NCBI RefSeq assembly: GCF_009914755.1
Contig: NC_060925.1
Source of the DNA: the human T2T-CHM13v2.0 reference genome, Homo sapiens
Direction: 5' to 3' (one strand)
DNA: 64,000 bases
The translations under genes were made by a program, and so were the position numbers. Below, one piece after another: positions 14,345-27,600 of the stretch. A model generated the notes under the pieces. The model had not been told where the DNA came from, made no database searches, and saw only the letters and a program-made list of their open reading frames with translations. How positions within the stretch are numbered: the stretch's first letter is position 1; each line of letters begins with the position of its first letter.

Positions 14345-14510
14345 GAGTTCTGAAACAGATTGCCTGAGTCTAGCTCTCTGGTCTGCTACCGACAGGCTGG
14401 ATAGTTTGGCAAATTATATACCACCTTTGTATGCTACTTTCCTCATACGTGACAGGATGGTAATAATAGTCATGATTTCTTGCAGTTGTGATAAGAATTA
14501 AATGAATTGA
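14345..14510 (+). mobile_element. MIR SINE
   Basis: MIR core (tttcctcat...ggatggtaataatagt...gttgtgataagaattaaatga). Confidence 0.7.
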
Positions 14511-15924
14511 ATTAACATTTATGCCATTTTACCAAGTTTGGGGAGGAAGAGGAGGAAACGTGTCAACAAAGGCTTCCTTAAAGAGGGTGACCATTTGGTT
14601 AAATCTTAAAATATCAGTAGATTTTCACTATTTGAATGTTCTATTTTGACACGACTTTCTGAAGTTGGTGGTGGCCCAGTTAGCAGAGAATTTTTACTAC
14701 ATACTTTTAAAGGTTCAGCCCAGCTCTGCAGGGCCACGTGAGATGTTGCTTCTTATTAGTAGCCCTCGGCATAATGATGAAGTAAGTTAACGTTGCCTTT
14801 GACACTTAACCTCCTCTCAGTGAAACCAAGGTATGGATTTGAAAGTACCTCAGTGTTGGGAGTTTAAATAGAAAAAGATCTGATAAAATAATTTACGCAA
14901 AGGTGAACAGTACCTAGTGGGTTACTCTTTCCAGGTGGGGTCTTATATATATATTTTTTTTATTTAAAAAGTGTTTTGGAGATAATTGATATTTTAAAAA
15001 ATCAGCCTAAAAGACAGCTTAATCCACCATTTTTCTGAGTTTCCCTAAGCATTAAGTTTGGTCACCAAGAAGCAACGTTCTTAGATTTTATTAGCTTAGG
15101 TTCACTCGAGCATACTTCTTTTGAGTTGATTTAGCTAATCCTTAGCTTTCACTAAAAATTGATATGGTATAGGTATTTGAAAGACACTTTTGTATTTTTC
15201 ACAAAACCCCGGCTATAGGCATTGTACAGTAAATTATTAAGTGTTCATTAAATATGGATCCATGTAACAAAATTTTCCCAATATTTACTGCCAGGAGCAA
15301 AGTGTTGTCTCTTAAGAGAAACCTAGACATCCCCTTTTATCAGACCATGAGAGCTATAAAACTCATGAATTTCTTTAGTTTCTTGGCTACCAATAAGTTT
15401 ACAGCAAAACATGATGTCCTGTTTTAATAATATAGCTTATCTTTTGTTTCCCATACAAGCACTTCTTGCTTTCTAAATAATTTCTGCTGTGTCTTAAATT
15501 TTAAAAATTTTATTACCTTTAATGTTTTAAATTGGTAAACTACTTTAAAAGACATGTAGGAACATGAGTGGAATAGTTGTTGCCTGTGTTCCTCATTTGA
15601 CCCTTACTAAATATTAATTTTTAAAAAATAGTGTCTTTTTTCTTTCCAAGTAGATTTCAAGGTTTTATGGTAGAACAGGATTTCTTGTTTTCTATCCTCT
15701 ATACTCACCCCACATGGGTACTCAATAGCTAAATTGATTGATTGATAGCTGTCTTTTAAAAGCAGATGTCTAGACAGGATTTTTAATGATGGACCTTGTT
15801 AAAAAATGATGGACTAATAGTGGAAATACTAGGCTGAGAGAGTGTTTCTGTTATTTTTCAAAATTCCTCTACAATGGACTATGGCCATTTTCTGCATGCA
15901 AGGAAGAACACAGCCAGGATCACC

Positions 15925-16080
15925 GTTCTTTAAATCAGAAAGGACTTTGATAGAGTCCAGTTCCCTCAGTTCAAATGAGGAAACCAAGGCCCGAGGAGTT
16001 ACTATCATTCCCAGAAGTAGCGAGCTGAGTCAATATAACGTTAAGACTGAAATTTAGGCCTCCCTGTTGCCAGTCTGATG
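15925..16080 (-). mobile_element. MIR SINE
   Basis: Antisense core caaatgaggaaaccaaggcccgag. Confidence 0.6.
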
Positions 16081-16234
16081 TTGTTTGATGCCAATCCATT
16101 TATTCACTTTCTGCTTCCACACAAGAATGACTTGCATAATTTTAAAGGTTGGAAATCCAGCATGATCCTAAATCAGAGTCTCCATTCATAAAACTCTAAG
16201 CTTTAAAAATGCTAGGAATCATTACACAAATAAA

Positions 16235-16360
16235 ATCCTGAGCACTCATTGTGCTATGCTTTGTGCTAAACATGTTTCTTTTTTCCATATAGTCTTCGCA
16301 ATCACCCTATGAGGTCAGTACTGTTATTATTCCTGTTTTAAAGACGAGAAAATGAGAGGC
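16235..16360 (-). mobile_element. MIR SINE
   Basis: caccctatgaggtcagtactgttattattcctgttttaaagacgagaaaatgagaggc. Confidence 0.7.
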
Positions 16361-19300
16361 ATGTCTCATGTTTAGCACTGGGATTCAGTGGCACTCTCCT
16401 ACACTGTGTGGACTGCCTCGCGAATCCAGTCATGTATACACATGTGTGTGTTTTTCCTTTTGGACACGTAATGAGATTTTTTTTCCCATGCCAGACTGGG
16501 GTATCTTAGTATCTCTCTCATGGAATTCTCAATTCCTACCCACCTAGGTTTTTCCCTGGAAACTTCCTGCCATCAAAGCAGGAATGATATTTAGTGCTTC
16601 AGTATTAGAAGGTCACAAATTGTGCTGGAATCCAAGGGAGAATCACGTATTTGGATGAATCACGAACGAATAGTCTGAACTTCCCCAAAAACACTGTCAG
16701 TAAAAATAAGGTGCTGCCATTAAATGACACCTTTAAAGAAGGCAAGAACGCAAATTTATGACAAGAAGAAAGAACTTCTGAGCCAAAATCAGCTAGATCT
16801 TTTTTGTTTTTTTCAATGCCATCCTTGACACTGGTAAAGAGTAGTCAGCTAGGTATTTGTCGACTAGAAAGAATCGTTAAAATGGACAACTAAAACCATC
16901 ATATTTACAAGTGACACAAATCAGAAATTGTTGGCTAACAAATCTCCTTATTCCATCACTGTGATATTTGCTAAAGCTGACCACCTATTAATTTTTCCAG
17001 TGGAGCCTAAGGATATAGCAAATGCCAAGTAAATAGTTCAATCTGAACCAGGTTTATTGTTCATCGGCTGGTGCTGTGGTACTGTGCCGTGCTTGTGTCT
17101 TTTGTTGCTGTGGAACAGCAGGCCTTCCGGGAATGCTAAGAATACAGTGTCTTCCCAGAGCTGATTACACCAGACACGGGCCTCAATGATGCATGGACCA
17201 GCTAACACAGTGCCACACAACCCCACAATGCTTTCAGCATATTCAGTCATCTGCCTCGGAGAGACTGAAAATATTACTATTGATTTGGCTTGGTGTTTAA
17301 TGTGGTTGTTAAATTTTAAATCCCTGTACAATGACCAATACTTTGGGTAGTAATGTAATTCTTCCAGGTTTATCATCTCTCTTGAAACCTGACTATTTAG
17401 TACATTGTGTAGCATTAAATTTCAGACAGGGGAATAGGTTTTAATAACACAAACACTTAATAAAATAACTTTCCATGAGCTTTCTCATAATGGTATTAAC
17501 AGGGAAAGACAATTTCTCTCATTGCGCTTCTCTGCAGACATTCTGTCGGCTCTGTATCTCCATCAGTTTTTTCATAATGTGCTCTTGGCACACTTACTTT
17601 AATATTGCTGATTTGAGAGCACTGTCTTTTTTATCCTTGTCACTAAATGTGATATTTTGAGCACTCAAGATGCGCTGCAAGCAGGCCTAAAGTATTTATA
17701 TTGAAACTACAATGGCAAAGCATGTAGGATGATCTACCTCTCTGAAATGAGCCTTTAGGAAACAACTTCATCTTGGGAACATCTCTGGCTACACAATTGT
17801 AAAAATGGGCTGATAATTAAAGTACCAGGGAACACTCCTTCCATATTCACTGTTTATAAGCAGAGTGGTCTTGGTGGGTGCACACCTTAACATAAAGGAA
17901 GTAATACTTACATCTTGCTTTTGTCACACCGAGGCTGATATCTCCACTAAGTACACATCCCTAATCCAAGACGTTAGCAAACATATCTCTTATCAGCAGT
18001 ACGGCTTTCACAGGCTTTTTTCAGTGTCCACCAACCACTTTCCATTCTGGATAAAGGATGTTAGCTAGGTAAGAGGATAAGCACAGTTGTAATCTGGATA
18101 TTCAAGCTGACCTAATGGTAGATGCTGGATGCACACTGAACCTGGCCTGGCGGAAACCTGTTTCTATATGAGAATGGCATGTGGAAACAGGGACAGATGG
18201 TGGGGTCAGTAATAAAGAACTTGTTTGTTGTTGCTGATTGGAGGCCATTTCTTCTGCCAGCATGACTCCACAGATTTATCCTGGCATTGGTGACCAAGGG
18301 GAGACAAACAATGTTGTTCAACAAGCATTCTGAAAGCTACCATATGGCCAGAAGGAAATCTCTGGAGAATACTAGGATGTGCTGTGTTGTGCTACACTGT
18401 GGTAGTATTGCTCTTAAGCAGTAGGGGGCATGGTGAGTTCATCCGGTTAGAAGTATAAATAGAAGTAACTGAAAACAGCAGGAAATATAATCCGGTGAGC
18501 TTGCGAGCTGGTGAGCAGTTGTGTTGTGGGCTGCTTTTAAGATTATTTGCTTAATAAACTGCATTAGTTTCATTCTTTTGCATTTTTCTCGCAAAAAAAT
18601 GTTCATAAAGGTTGGGTTCTAGGGTGACAAAGTGTTGGGAAATTTTGTTGATTTAAAAAACATAAATATGAACTAATAAGAGAGAAGAATTCATGTTAGT
18701 CTAGAAGCTTAGTTAATTGGGAGTCTCTAGAGGAGTCACTCAAGATAGTGTTTGCTAATTAAGGCAATGCATTTTCCAGGGATTTGGAGAAGGAAGAGCT
18801 CTCCTCTGGCTTTCTGTCTGCTTATGAGTTACTGTGCAGCACCAGTGACGAGCTTTCACTGATTCCAGTCACATGACTGACTTGGGTAGATGTATTCCAC
18901 CCTCATAACAAAGGCTTGTGGGTAGTAAATATTACCTATCAAATAAAACACCAAGGTAATTCCAGTTAACTCTTTTCAGGAATTCTAAAATTTTGTCATT
19001 GAGTTTGGTCCTTTCGAAAAAGAAGTCTGCCAGAATTGGATATTTCTTTTTTAAGTTTTTGGATTAGTAAATCTTATCCAAAATGTAAATTAATTTCCTA
19101 TAATAGCTCCAAATTAAGAATTCTACAATTCTGTTGATCCTATTCTGATCGATGCCAGATTCGGTTCATCGGTGATGAACAAGTCAGTCATGGTGCCTCA
19201 GATTCCTTCCATCTCATTTCTGATGCTGTAGCTGGATTTCTCTAATTATAATTGGATCACGCCAGTGGGATTTTTAGAAAACTGCAAAGTGTTTTTTGTT

Positions 19301-19869
19301 CTTCTGAGAAACAAGTTATAAAAATAAAAAAAAATTTATGTATTCTGAAAATGGCTTCACAAGATGAATCTTTTAAAGAAAAATCAAAACATTATGAAAA
19401 ACCTAATAACACTCATAAGTTTAGATATGCAAAAGAAAATGAAACAGTATTAAACCCCAAGACTGGGTTCTATTCATGGATTTAAAAAATCTTGGACCTG
19501 TCTTTACAAAACTTGAGTTTAACCAACTGAAGTATCATTACATCCTTGGTTTTAAACGTCATTACCACACTACCAGATATTTCTAGACTGAAAAGATTTT
19601 TTATGTTTACGAACAACAGATTAAAGGCAAAGGCAGCATTATTGTAATAGGATGTCATAAGATGTTTCTCAGTCTTAGATGAGGCCCCAACTATGAAAGG
19701 AATGTTGGCAAATCTCCTTCTTTCTAAAGGTGGATCAGGCAGGACTTGGTGAGATGTGATTCAAATTTACTCTGTAGGTCTGGGATCTTTCCCTGTCACC
19801 CATAGCTCTAAGGAGAGGCAGAGAAGACACTGGAGAAAAGATTATGTATTGATAGCCCAGAAAAAGTGC

Positions 19870-20890
19870 TGTAATTTTCTCTGCTCTCTCCTGTAGAATG
19901 TTCTGTTTCCGCTACCTCAAGCCAAGTGACAGAAGACACTCTAAATACAATCAAGAGTGGGGTACTTGCCCAAAGAGGCAACTGACATTTTTTTTTTTTT
20001 TTACTCTGGGCTACCTATTTGCTACTTGGAAAAAATCTGCCTTTATGGGACACTTGCTGACTGTAGTGATACCAGTCTTAGCAACCTGAACATGGACATG
20101 CCCCTGGGTGCTTGGGTGGGTAGCTGTGGAGGGTTAAAGTAAGGAGGCTGGTGTCTGACTACTGCTGAGAAAGGCCTGTATGTCAGAGGTTGGTTGTGAG
20201 GGTTCCCTGATAGTAGGGCCAGTAGAGGTGTTTGCTTATGATGACAGAGACAGGAGTTTGTTTTGGGGACACTCTGGAAAGCTGCTGCAATATAACTACA
20301 TTGAAAGCCCTGCCAAGGAGAGGTAATCCCAGTAGAAAGAGACTTCAGGGGTGAAATGCCGAAGCATAGGAAATCATAATGGGCAGAGCAGAAGGTATCA
20401 CCAGGGAGACAGAATGGGAGGCTCTGAAGATCCCACAGAGGTATCCTTTAAGAAAAAGAGTTGGCACCTGCCCTGATTGCATCAATATCACAACCATGCC
20501 ATAAGAGCACTACACAATCATCTTTTAGCCTCATATGCTTCATCCTTTCCCAGCACAATGGAGGAATCACAGGTGACATGGAGAAGTGGAGAAGAAGGAT
20601 GGGAGAGGGAGGCAGAAGATAATCACAGACGACCTAAGCATCCGGCCTTTTCTCTACTGATGCTATAGGGCCTAGTGCAGGTTAAAGCAGAGATTGTTTA
20701 AATAAGAGGAGAGCCACAAGTTTCCTGGCTGGACTCTTTATTATCTGAGGGTGTTCTAATGTCTGGAAGTGATCAGAAAAACTCTGGGATTTTATCCATA
20801 GCCAAGAAGAGGAGCTTAGTGGGTTTTAAGAGAATAAAGATGTTTCTGGCTTGTTTTGAAAGTGCAGCTCATTTGGTACACTATAATACT
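19870..20890 (+). mobile_element. Possible old LTR (ERVL- or Gypsy-like), family unassigned
   Basis: About 1 kb purine-rich block starting tgtaatt with AATAAA near its 3' end (20833). No consensus firmly recognised. Confidence 0.25.
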
Positions 20891-21329
20891 GTTTTTTCCC
20901 AATAATCAAGTAATTAATTTTTGTGTGATGACATGAAGCCAAATGTAAGTGTGAGCTGAGTGGATCATACGTCTAATAGATCTGTAAACATGAGGAGGTA
21001 GGGAAAGTTCACTTCTGAGTACATATCACATCTGCAAACCTTGTCATAGTGATCCAAAATGGAATGGGAAGTACTGAAGATGTATAGTGATCTCGCTTCA
21101 TGTAGGATTGTGCTTGCATTTTCTAACACAGTCCCTGGCATATAATGGAAGCTTAATAAGTGTATGCCAGACCGAACTGGGAAGCTGGGAAGACCAAGCG
21201 AGGCACGAGGTGCATAGAAGGTGACTAACAGGTTCTTGAATTAGAAGGGAACTAAGTTAGAGCATGAGCATGGCCACTATTCCTCTACTCTACCTTACTT
21301 ACCTCCCTGACTTTGTCTCTTATTACTCC

Positions 21330-21765
21330 CCCTATCTACTCTACTCCAGACACCCTACTCTTGGCTGATCCTTAAGGCTTTTTTACTCGCTATTCCTTCT
21401 GCCTGGAAATCTCTTCTCACAGACATCCACGAGGCTTATTTCTCATTTCCTTCACATTTTGCTCATATGAGACTTTCTCTAAAAGGTCCATACTCACTGC
21501 TGTCTAACCTTTAAAATGCAACCTGTCTCCTGACTTCCATACTTTTGAGCTCCCTTGCCTTCTCCACCCTTCCTGTTTACATAGCCCTTATCACCGAATA
21601 TACTATCATTTATTATCTTTACTGTTTGTTCATTTTTATCTCTTTTACTTAAATATAAGTTCTACAAGGGTAGGTTCCTTTTTTAAATGGATAAATCCCA
21701 AGTGTCTAGAACAGTGGCTGACACATGGTAGGAATTTCAGTCATCTTAGCTGAATGAATGGATGG
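21330..21765 (+). mobile_element. L2a LINE 3' relic
   Basis: gctattccttctgcctggaa...atcccaagtgtctagaacagtggctgacacatggtagg...tgaatgaatg. Confidence 0.75.
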
Positions 21766-22879
21766 CAATAGATGCCCAGAGGCCTCTGTGTCGTGTTAAC
21801 TGGATTCCATTTGAGGCATTACAGAACCCTCCGGGGTCAGGGGAGGAGTTACTGACTCCTTTGCCAAGTAGCCGCAGTACATATCCACAGCCTCCTACCA
21901 AAATCAGCATTCTGGGTATTCTAGAACCACACACGAAAACTGCTTAGGAACTCTCAAATCAAGTAGCAGGTCAAAGAACTCCTTTGATTGACTCTTTGTT
22001 AGGCTGTTTGGAGTAGGATGTACTAATTAGATTTGGAAGCACTCAAGGTTTATACTTTGAGCTTTATCCCCATAGAATGCAGAGAGAATAGAAATGTAAA
22101 CCCTAGTAAAAATTAAAATAAATTAACAGAATCAATCTAGATAGTTCTTCAAGTCAACTTGCACTCAAAGAGTATTGGGCCTTTTATGGTGCAAATAATC
22201 ATATTGTACATTAGGGATAAGTAAATCTATCTTCAGTTAGACTTTGGCAAGCATTTCTGCTTTTAAATGTGAAAAGCCAACTTGAAAATTCTGACAAATA
22301 TATTTTATAGAAAACTTCATGTAACATTAGAAAAGAAAAAGAAACTAGTTTCCTTCATATGGTTCTACTACACATATAGAATTATAAATACATGCGAATC
22401 TCTCTTTTTCTCAAGGACCAAAGAAGAGAAATGAAAAGAAAAACAAGAAAAAAGAAACAAAAGATTCCAGAGATGTTGTCAGTCTCTTTCAAACAGCTCA
22501 TTCTTTGGAAAGCATATCTCCGTCAGATTTCATTCTTCATACTTGTTTCACTTTCCTTCATCAGTAGTAGACTTAAAACACTGTTACTCTCTTTATAAAA
22601 CTTTACATAATAATCTGTTATTTTTTTTTACAGAAAAATAGCAATTCCTCCTCAGCCATTCTTTGTTGGCTAAACTAATTTAATTTATTCTGTAAGCTAA
22701 ATAATGCCAGCTCTTTATGCCCTTCCTGACTTTCCTGCTTGGCACTTGAATAGTCTTGATTCTTTTAAATTTGGTTCTTCTAAGATTTTCTGATGAAATT
22801 TGATGAAATATTTTGATGAAATATTTGATCAATAATTCTTTAGAGACTTATAGAAAACTTTCAAAAGCTATTGCTTTCA

Positions 22880-23160
22880 TTTTTAGTTTTTCTCAGTATA
22901 AAATACATGTTCCTTAAAGAAAACTGAGGAAATATAGAAAAGAAAAAGAAAGAAAAATTACCAAGAATTTCTGCTTTCAGAAATGTCTGGTAATATATGG
23001 GTATTATCATAGCTTTTTTTTCCTGTCCACAAATGCATGCTTTTTTTAAATAACAAAAACAGGAATTATATTTAGATATAGCAAGGTTTCTTGTTTTTTT
23101 AACTTAATAACATGAGCATTTCTAAGGGCCATAATATACTATTTTTAATATTATTATGAT
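22880..23160 (-). mobile_element. Ancient L1M 3' end relic
   Basis: Pattern typical of antisense L1ME/L1MC tails (aaatacatgttc...ttttttaacttaataacatgagcatttc). Confidence 0.4.
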
Positions 23161-23439
23161 TATTTTGAAAATAAGTCACTTTCATTCTACCAGGGATGTT
23201 TGGAACAAGGTGTGTTTTGGAATTCCTTCTTGCTAGAATGGCTATATTGGAATCCTGTAGGGCATCTTGACATCTGCTTTAGGCACACTGAAATGTTCAA
23301 CGGCAAGAGTATTTAGGACTGAGAACATCTGACCACTCAGAGCAAATTATTTGAACTTCTAAGTGAATTAACCCACAAAAATGACTTGATAACCACTATC
23401 TAATGCTGATTGAGATATCGAAACCACTTGTCCACAGGT

Positions 23440-23640
23440 GGAAAGAGCCTCCAAGATAAGTGAATCTAGATTCCTGAGTAAGGAAATTTAGTATTACCCA
23501 GTGACTGTACCAATTAGATAGACCCTTCTACCTACAGACTCAGTGTCAACCTCTATAAAATAGTAAATATAATCCTCACCTCTTTTCACACAGGAGTTTC
23601 TTAGAATTTAAGTTTGGCAAACACTATAAAAAATAGCTCT
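23440..23640 (+). mobile_element. MIR relic
   Basis: actcagtgtcaacctctataaaatagtaaatataatcctcacctc resembles the MIR core. Confidence 0.4.
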
Positions 23641-25876
23641 GAGTCACAAGAAATTGCCATATTGCCAGGCTACTTAGCTATTTATTACCTCACACTTTTA
23701 GTGTCTGAGGTGAGTCAACTTTAAACAAAAAAGCATTTTGAAAATGGATTTTACAGCCCATCTTCGTAAGGCCATTTCTTATATCTCATCTTTCAAATTT
23801 CATTTGACCAGAATTTGGGCAAAGAGAATTATTCTTAATACATTTGTAACGGCTGCTTTTATGTGTCATCAAGAAGAGTTGTTCACCAGCCAATGGTAAC
23901 TGACTCTTCTGACTCTTTATCCCCAGTTACAGACCTTCCGAACAAGGAAATTATTATTCTTGCCATGATTCTCTGGTCATCAAACCCTGCTATGCATCAC
24001 CATGAAACAAATATCAAATAAAGGATAAGTCTCAGGAAAACCCCAGAACTGGATTTCAATGCTCAGATCCTGAAAAAGTATTCTCTGATTTTAAGACATT
24101 TGCTGATTCAAGTGACTTTTTAAAGCAAAAAGACAACAAATGGGTACGCTTCCTTAATGCAGAGACATAGGCAAATGCCTTTCTTTCAGCTTTACGCAAA
24201 GATAGAAGAAGAATCTCTTACATTCTGGGCAACCATCTGGAACTCTATTAATTGGTGTATGAAGCAAGCTAAACTATAAGCTCAGATGTAACATGAAACA
24301 AATATACTCAATTAATGGAAGGTAAAATTACAGTCCCCAAATGGAAAGAACTACAAGTTCTCTGGTCATTCTACACGAAAAGTTCATTTTGACATTTCAG
24401 TTATATTAACAATCTGTTCCTGCTTTGGTGGTCTTGAAAGAATGAACAGCAATATTCATAATCTCTACTATCAACTTTGCTAAATTTTTTCCCCAAAGAC
24501 CATCTTTATTACCCTGTAACTTTCACTACTTGAAGTGTTCCCATTTCTACAATAAATAGATTAAAATCAACAGAGAAAAGCTTCAAAAAGTGACAGGGTT
24601 GTTGGAATTTTTCTTGGGATTGTTATGACTCCTTCTTTATACACAGGTCATCTGAGTCATAATGAAACACCAACTATTCAGAGTCACATGCTGTGCTTTG
24701 TGCTTTTGGTTGATCAGAAAAGCAGTGAACTTGATCCCATCACTATAATCTGATGCAGCAAGGAAGAGTGATAACAATTATTCTTAGCTGATTTATTTTT
24801 TTCTTACAAATCACTTTCTTATGCACACAGAACTGCCAAAATGGCATCAGTTCTCTCACTAAATCTTGCAAATAAAACAGTATACCTTTCAACGTGGTGG
24901 CTGAGATTGTGTGATGTGGAGAAAAGGAAGATATGCAGAGATGTTAGCATGGCCACAGGGTGATGGTGGTGGTGGTGCTGGGGCAAGTGTGCACTACTAA
25001 TAGGAGAAGATGTCAAAAAAAATGAAGCATAATAATAGTGCAATTTATCCTTGCTAAACGTACTGCAGTGTGCTATAATTAAATATGAAAACCTAAATTT
25101 ATCTCTATGTTCGGTTGTCATTAATTTAACAGGGAGTGCACATGTTCTAATCTAATGGTTGATTTTTTTTCTCCATGTGCAGCATATTAAAATGTATATT
25201 AGCCTCAAGGTGCATAAACACAAAATAATAGACCAAAGGTTTTGGCCTGTGGAGAAAAAAAATCCATGCTCAAAGGCCGTCAAGTAGCTGTGATGCAGGG
25301 GAGACACTCACTTAGCCTCATTAAGCCAAAGCTCTCTTTTGCTTGTCTTTTGTTCTGCATGACAGCAGCCTCTTTGTTGTATAATAATTCATTCCAAGTT
25401 CGTTCCAAGCTACCGAAACTGGTGAACTGTGGCCATTTTAATGAGAAGTATTGGTGGTATGCATAATCTGGAAGCCACGTGGGCCAGACAATCACAGAGC
25501 ACTGCAGCCAGCAAAATGAGATATTGTCGAAATCACAAATTTGTCAAGTTGTTTTTGGACAGGGTATTATAATAAGCACTAAAATATGCATCCTATTACT
25601 CTGCATCTGCCAGTCAAAGATCACTGTAATGAATGCGTGCTGCAGGGTATAACCAGGCCGTTTTCCTAAGTAAAACAAACCACAGAGTACAGAAAAGAAT
25701 TGTGTGGGTTTTTTTTTTTTTTTTGGCATTGTTTGACTTTTTTTTTTTTCCTAATCCTTTTGCACCAGGAGTCAGGTTCTCCTGGCATGGTGTCCACTGC
25801 TAGCAGTGAATACACAGGCCCTGCTGGTGCCAGGGAGTTAACATGAATACATTGCTTTTTTAATAGGTGTGCTTAC

Positions 25877-25933
25877 CATCTGAGAATACAAAACCTCAAA
25901 CTCAAGGCTTCAATTGAGTCTATTGAAGAATTC
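25877..25933 (-). other. Candidate exon (57 nt)
   Basis: Minus strand reads tttttttctcctcctttttcccttttctctcccag|GAATTC...AGATG|gtaagc, a long pure pyrimidine tract plus a strong donor. Motif evidence only. Confidence 0.35.
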
Positions 25934-26252
25934 CTGGGAGAGAAAAGGGAAAAAGGAGGAGAAAAAAATATCTCTCCCAATGATCCTAAGCCTTATGTTT
26001 TATCCTTTTCTACTTCAAATGGCTTAGCCTTTGGGACTTGTTTTGTTGTTTGTTTTTCTGTTTGTTTATTTTTGCTTTTTTGTCTGTCTGTTGATTTATT
26101 TGCTTTTTAGATGAACCTAAAGCTTTGGGAAGAAATGGGTGAGATGCTAATCTATCCCAGTTCTATAATATTAATAGTTTGTATAAGAAAACTAATACAA
26201 TGTTGACAAGTAGAGAGAGTATTTTCACTTGCCCATAAAAATGGTCCTTAGG

Positions 26253-26378
26253 GAGAGTGACCATATACTTTCTCATCTAAACCAGAACTCTTTTGAGAGT
26301 GAAGGGAAGATATTATCGATAATTACAGGCACAAAAAGCAAGACTGTCAGAGACAAACTGGCCTATATGATCATCCCA
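26253..26378. mobile_element. MER81 (hAT-Blackjack) DNA transposon relic
   Basis: TIR-like ends gagagtgaccatata ... tatatgatcatccca and internal cttttgagagtgaaggg match my recall of MER81. Confidence 0.75.
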
Positions 26379-26639
26379 ACCATAAGCTCTTGAATTGGCA
26401 AATGTAAAGGAAGCACACCATGTCCAAAGGCCATACAATACATCCTGTTATTCTGGGCAGTCTCTATGAAACATTCAGGGTTATTTGTTTGTTTGTTTGT
26501 CTGTTCTGTTTTCAGCCAATGGACTTTCCATAAGGTCTGGATGGAAATAAAATGATTGTTAAATCTAAGAATACGGAGAATACTCTTCCATTCTTTTCTA
26601 GCCATTTTTTAAACCTTACGGAACCTTTTTTGTGTGTGT

Positions 26640-27600
26640 GATCAGGAGGCATGATGTGAGACAGAGACATATAAAAGTATGGTCCATATGGTATTTATAA
26701 TTGGGGCTGCAGTAGAAAGATGGGTAAAACCAAGTACAATTACTCAAATAAATGTGGATTTGGATGGTAAATATGAATATATGTATAAAATAGATGCTTT
26801 CTTAGTTTAGAGGAGATAAATATATCCAGTGGGAAAAATAAACAAAGCTTCCTGGGGTAGGTGAGAATTAGTAGAATTTCAATGGCAAGGAAAATAAAGA
26901 GTCAGAAGAACTGCATGCCATGAGCCAATGTATTGAGGCTGTTATAGGAAGGAGGAGAGCATGTTTGAAAACCACTTTACTGAAAGATAATTTACATGGA
27001 AGGAAGTAACAAAAGTAAGACTGACAAAATAGGCCAGGTGCAGTGGCTCACGCCTGTAATCCCAGCACTTTGGGAGGCCGAGGCCAGTGGACCATGAGGT
27101 CAAGAGATGGAGACCATCCTGGCCAACATGGTGAAACGCTGTCTCTTCTGAAACTACAAAAATTAGCTGGGCATGGGGGCATGCTCGTAGTCCCAGCTAC
27201 TCAGGAGGCTGAGGCAGGAGAAGAATCGCCTGAACTCAGGAGGCAGAGATTGCAGTGAGCTGAGATCGCGCCACTGACTCCAGCCTGGTGACAGAGTGAG
27301 ACTCTGTCTCAAAAAACAAACAAACAAACGAACAAACAAACAAAAAACTGGCAAAATAGGTTGCAGGGAGATCACAAACAGCCTTGAATGCCAGATGAAA
27401 GAATCCCTTACATTTGTTGGTCAAGAAGTATCACTGAATGCTCTGAATCAGAAAATAAGCTTTGGAAAAAATAAACTGGCAGTGATATGTAAAGGGTCTG
27501 GAGAAGGAGAAGCTGGGAGAAGAAAGTCTACAGTTATAGCGCAGAAGAGTGGTCCTAAAAGCCTAAACCAGGATATTGATATTTGAGATAAAGATAAGAC
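26640..27600 (-). mobile_element. L2 relic interrupted by Alu
   Basis: Purine-rich antisense L2 text on both sides of the Alu (gccttgaatgccagatgaaagaat...). Confidence 0.45.
27032..27346 (+). mobile_element. Alu (AluSc-like), full length with (AAAC)n tail
   Basis: Diagnostic gaggtcaagagatggagaccatcctggccaacatgg. Degenerate TSD aagactgacaaaata / aaaactggcaaaata. Confidence 0.96.

Noticed and set aside
24819-25121. 100-aa ORF with a poly-His run
   Set aside because: The His run comes from a short (TGG)n repeat and nothing else looks protein-like.
27043-27586. ORFs over Alus (also at 9056, 29311, 31420, 48818 and 50677)
   Set aside because: Generic Alu-derived reading frames.
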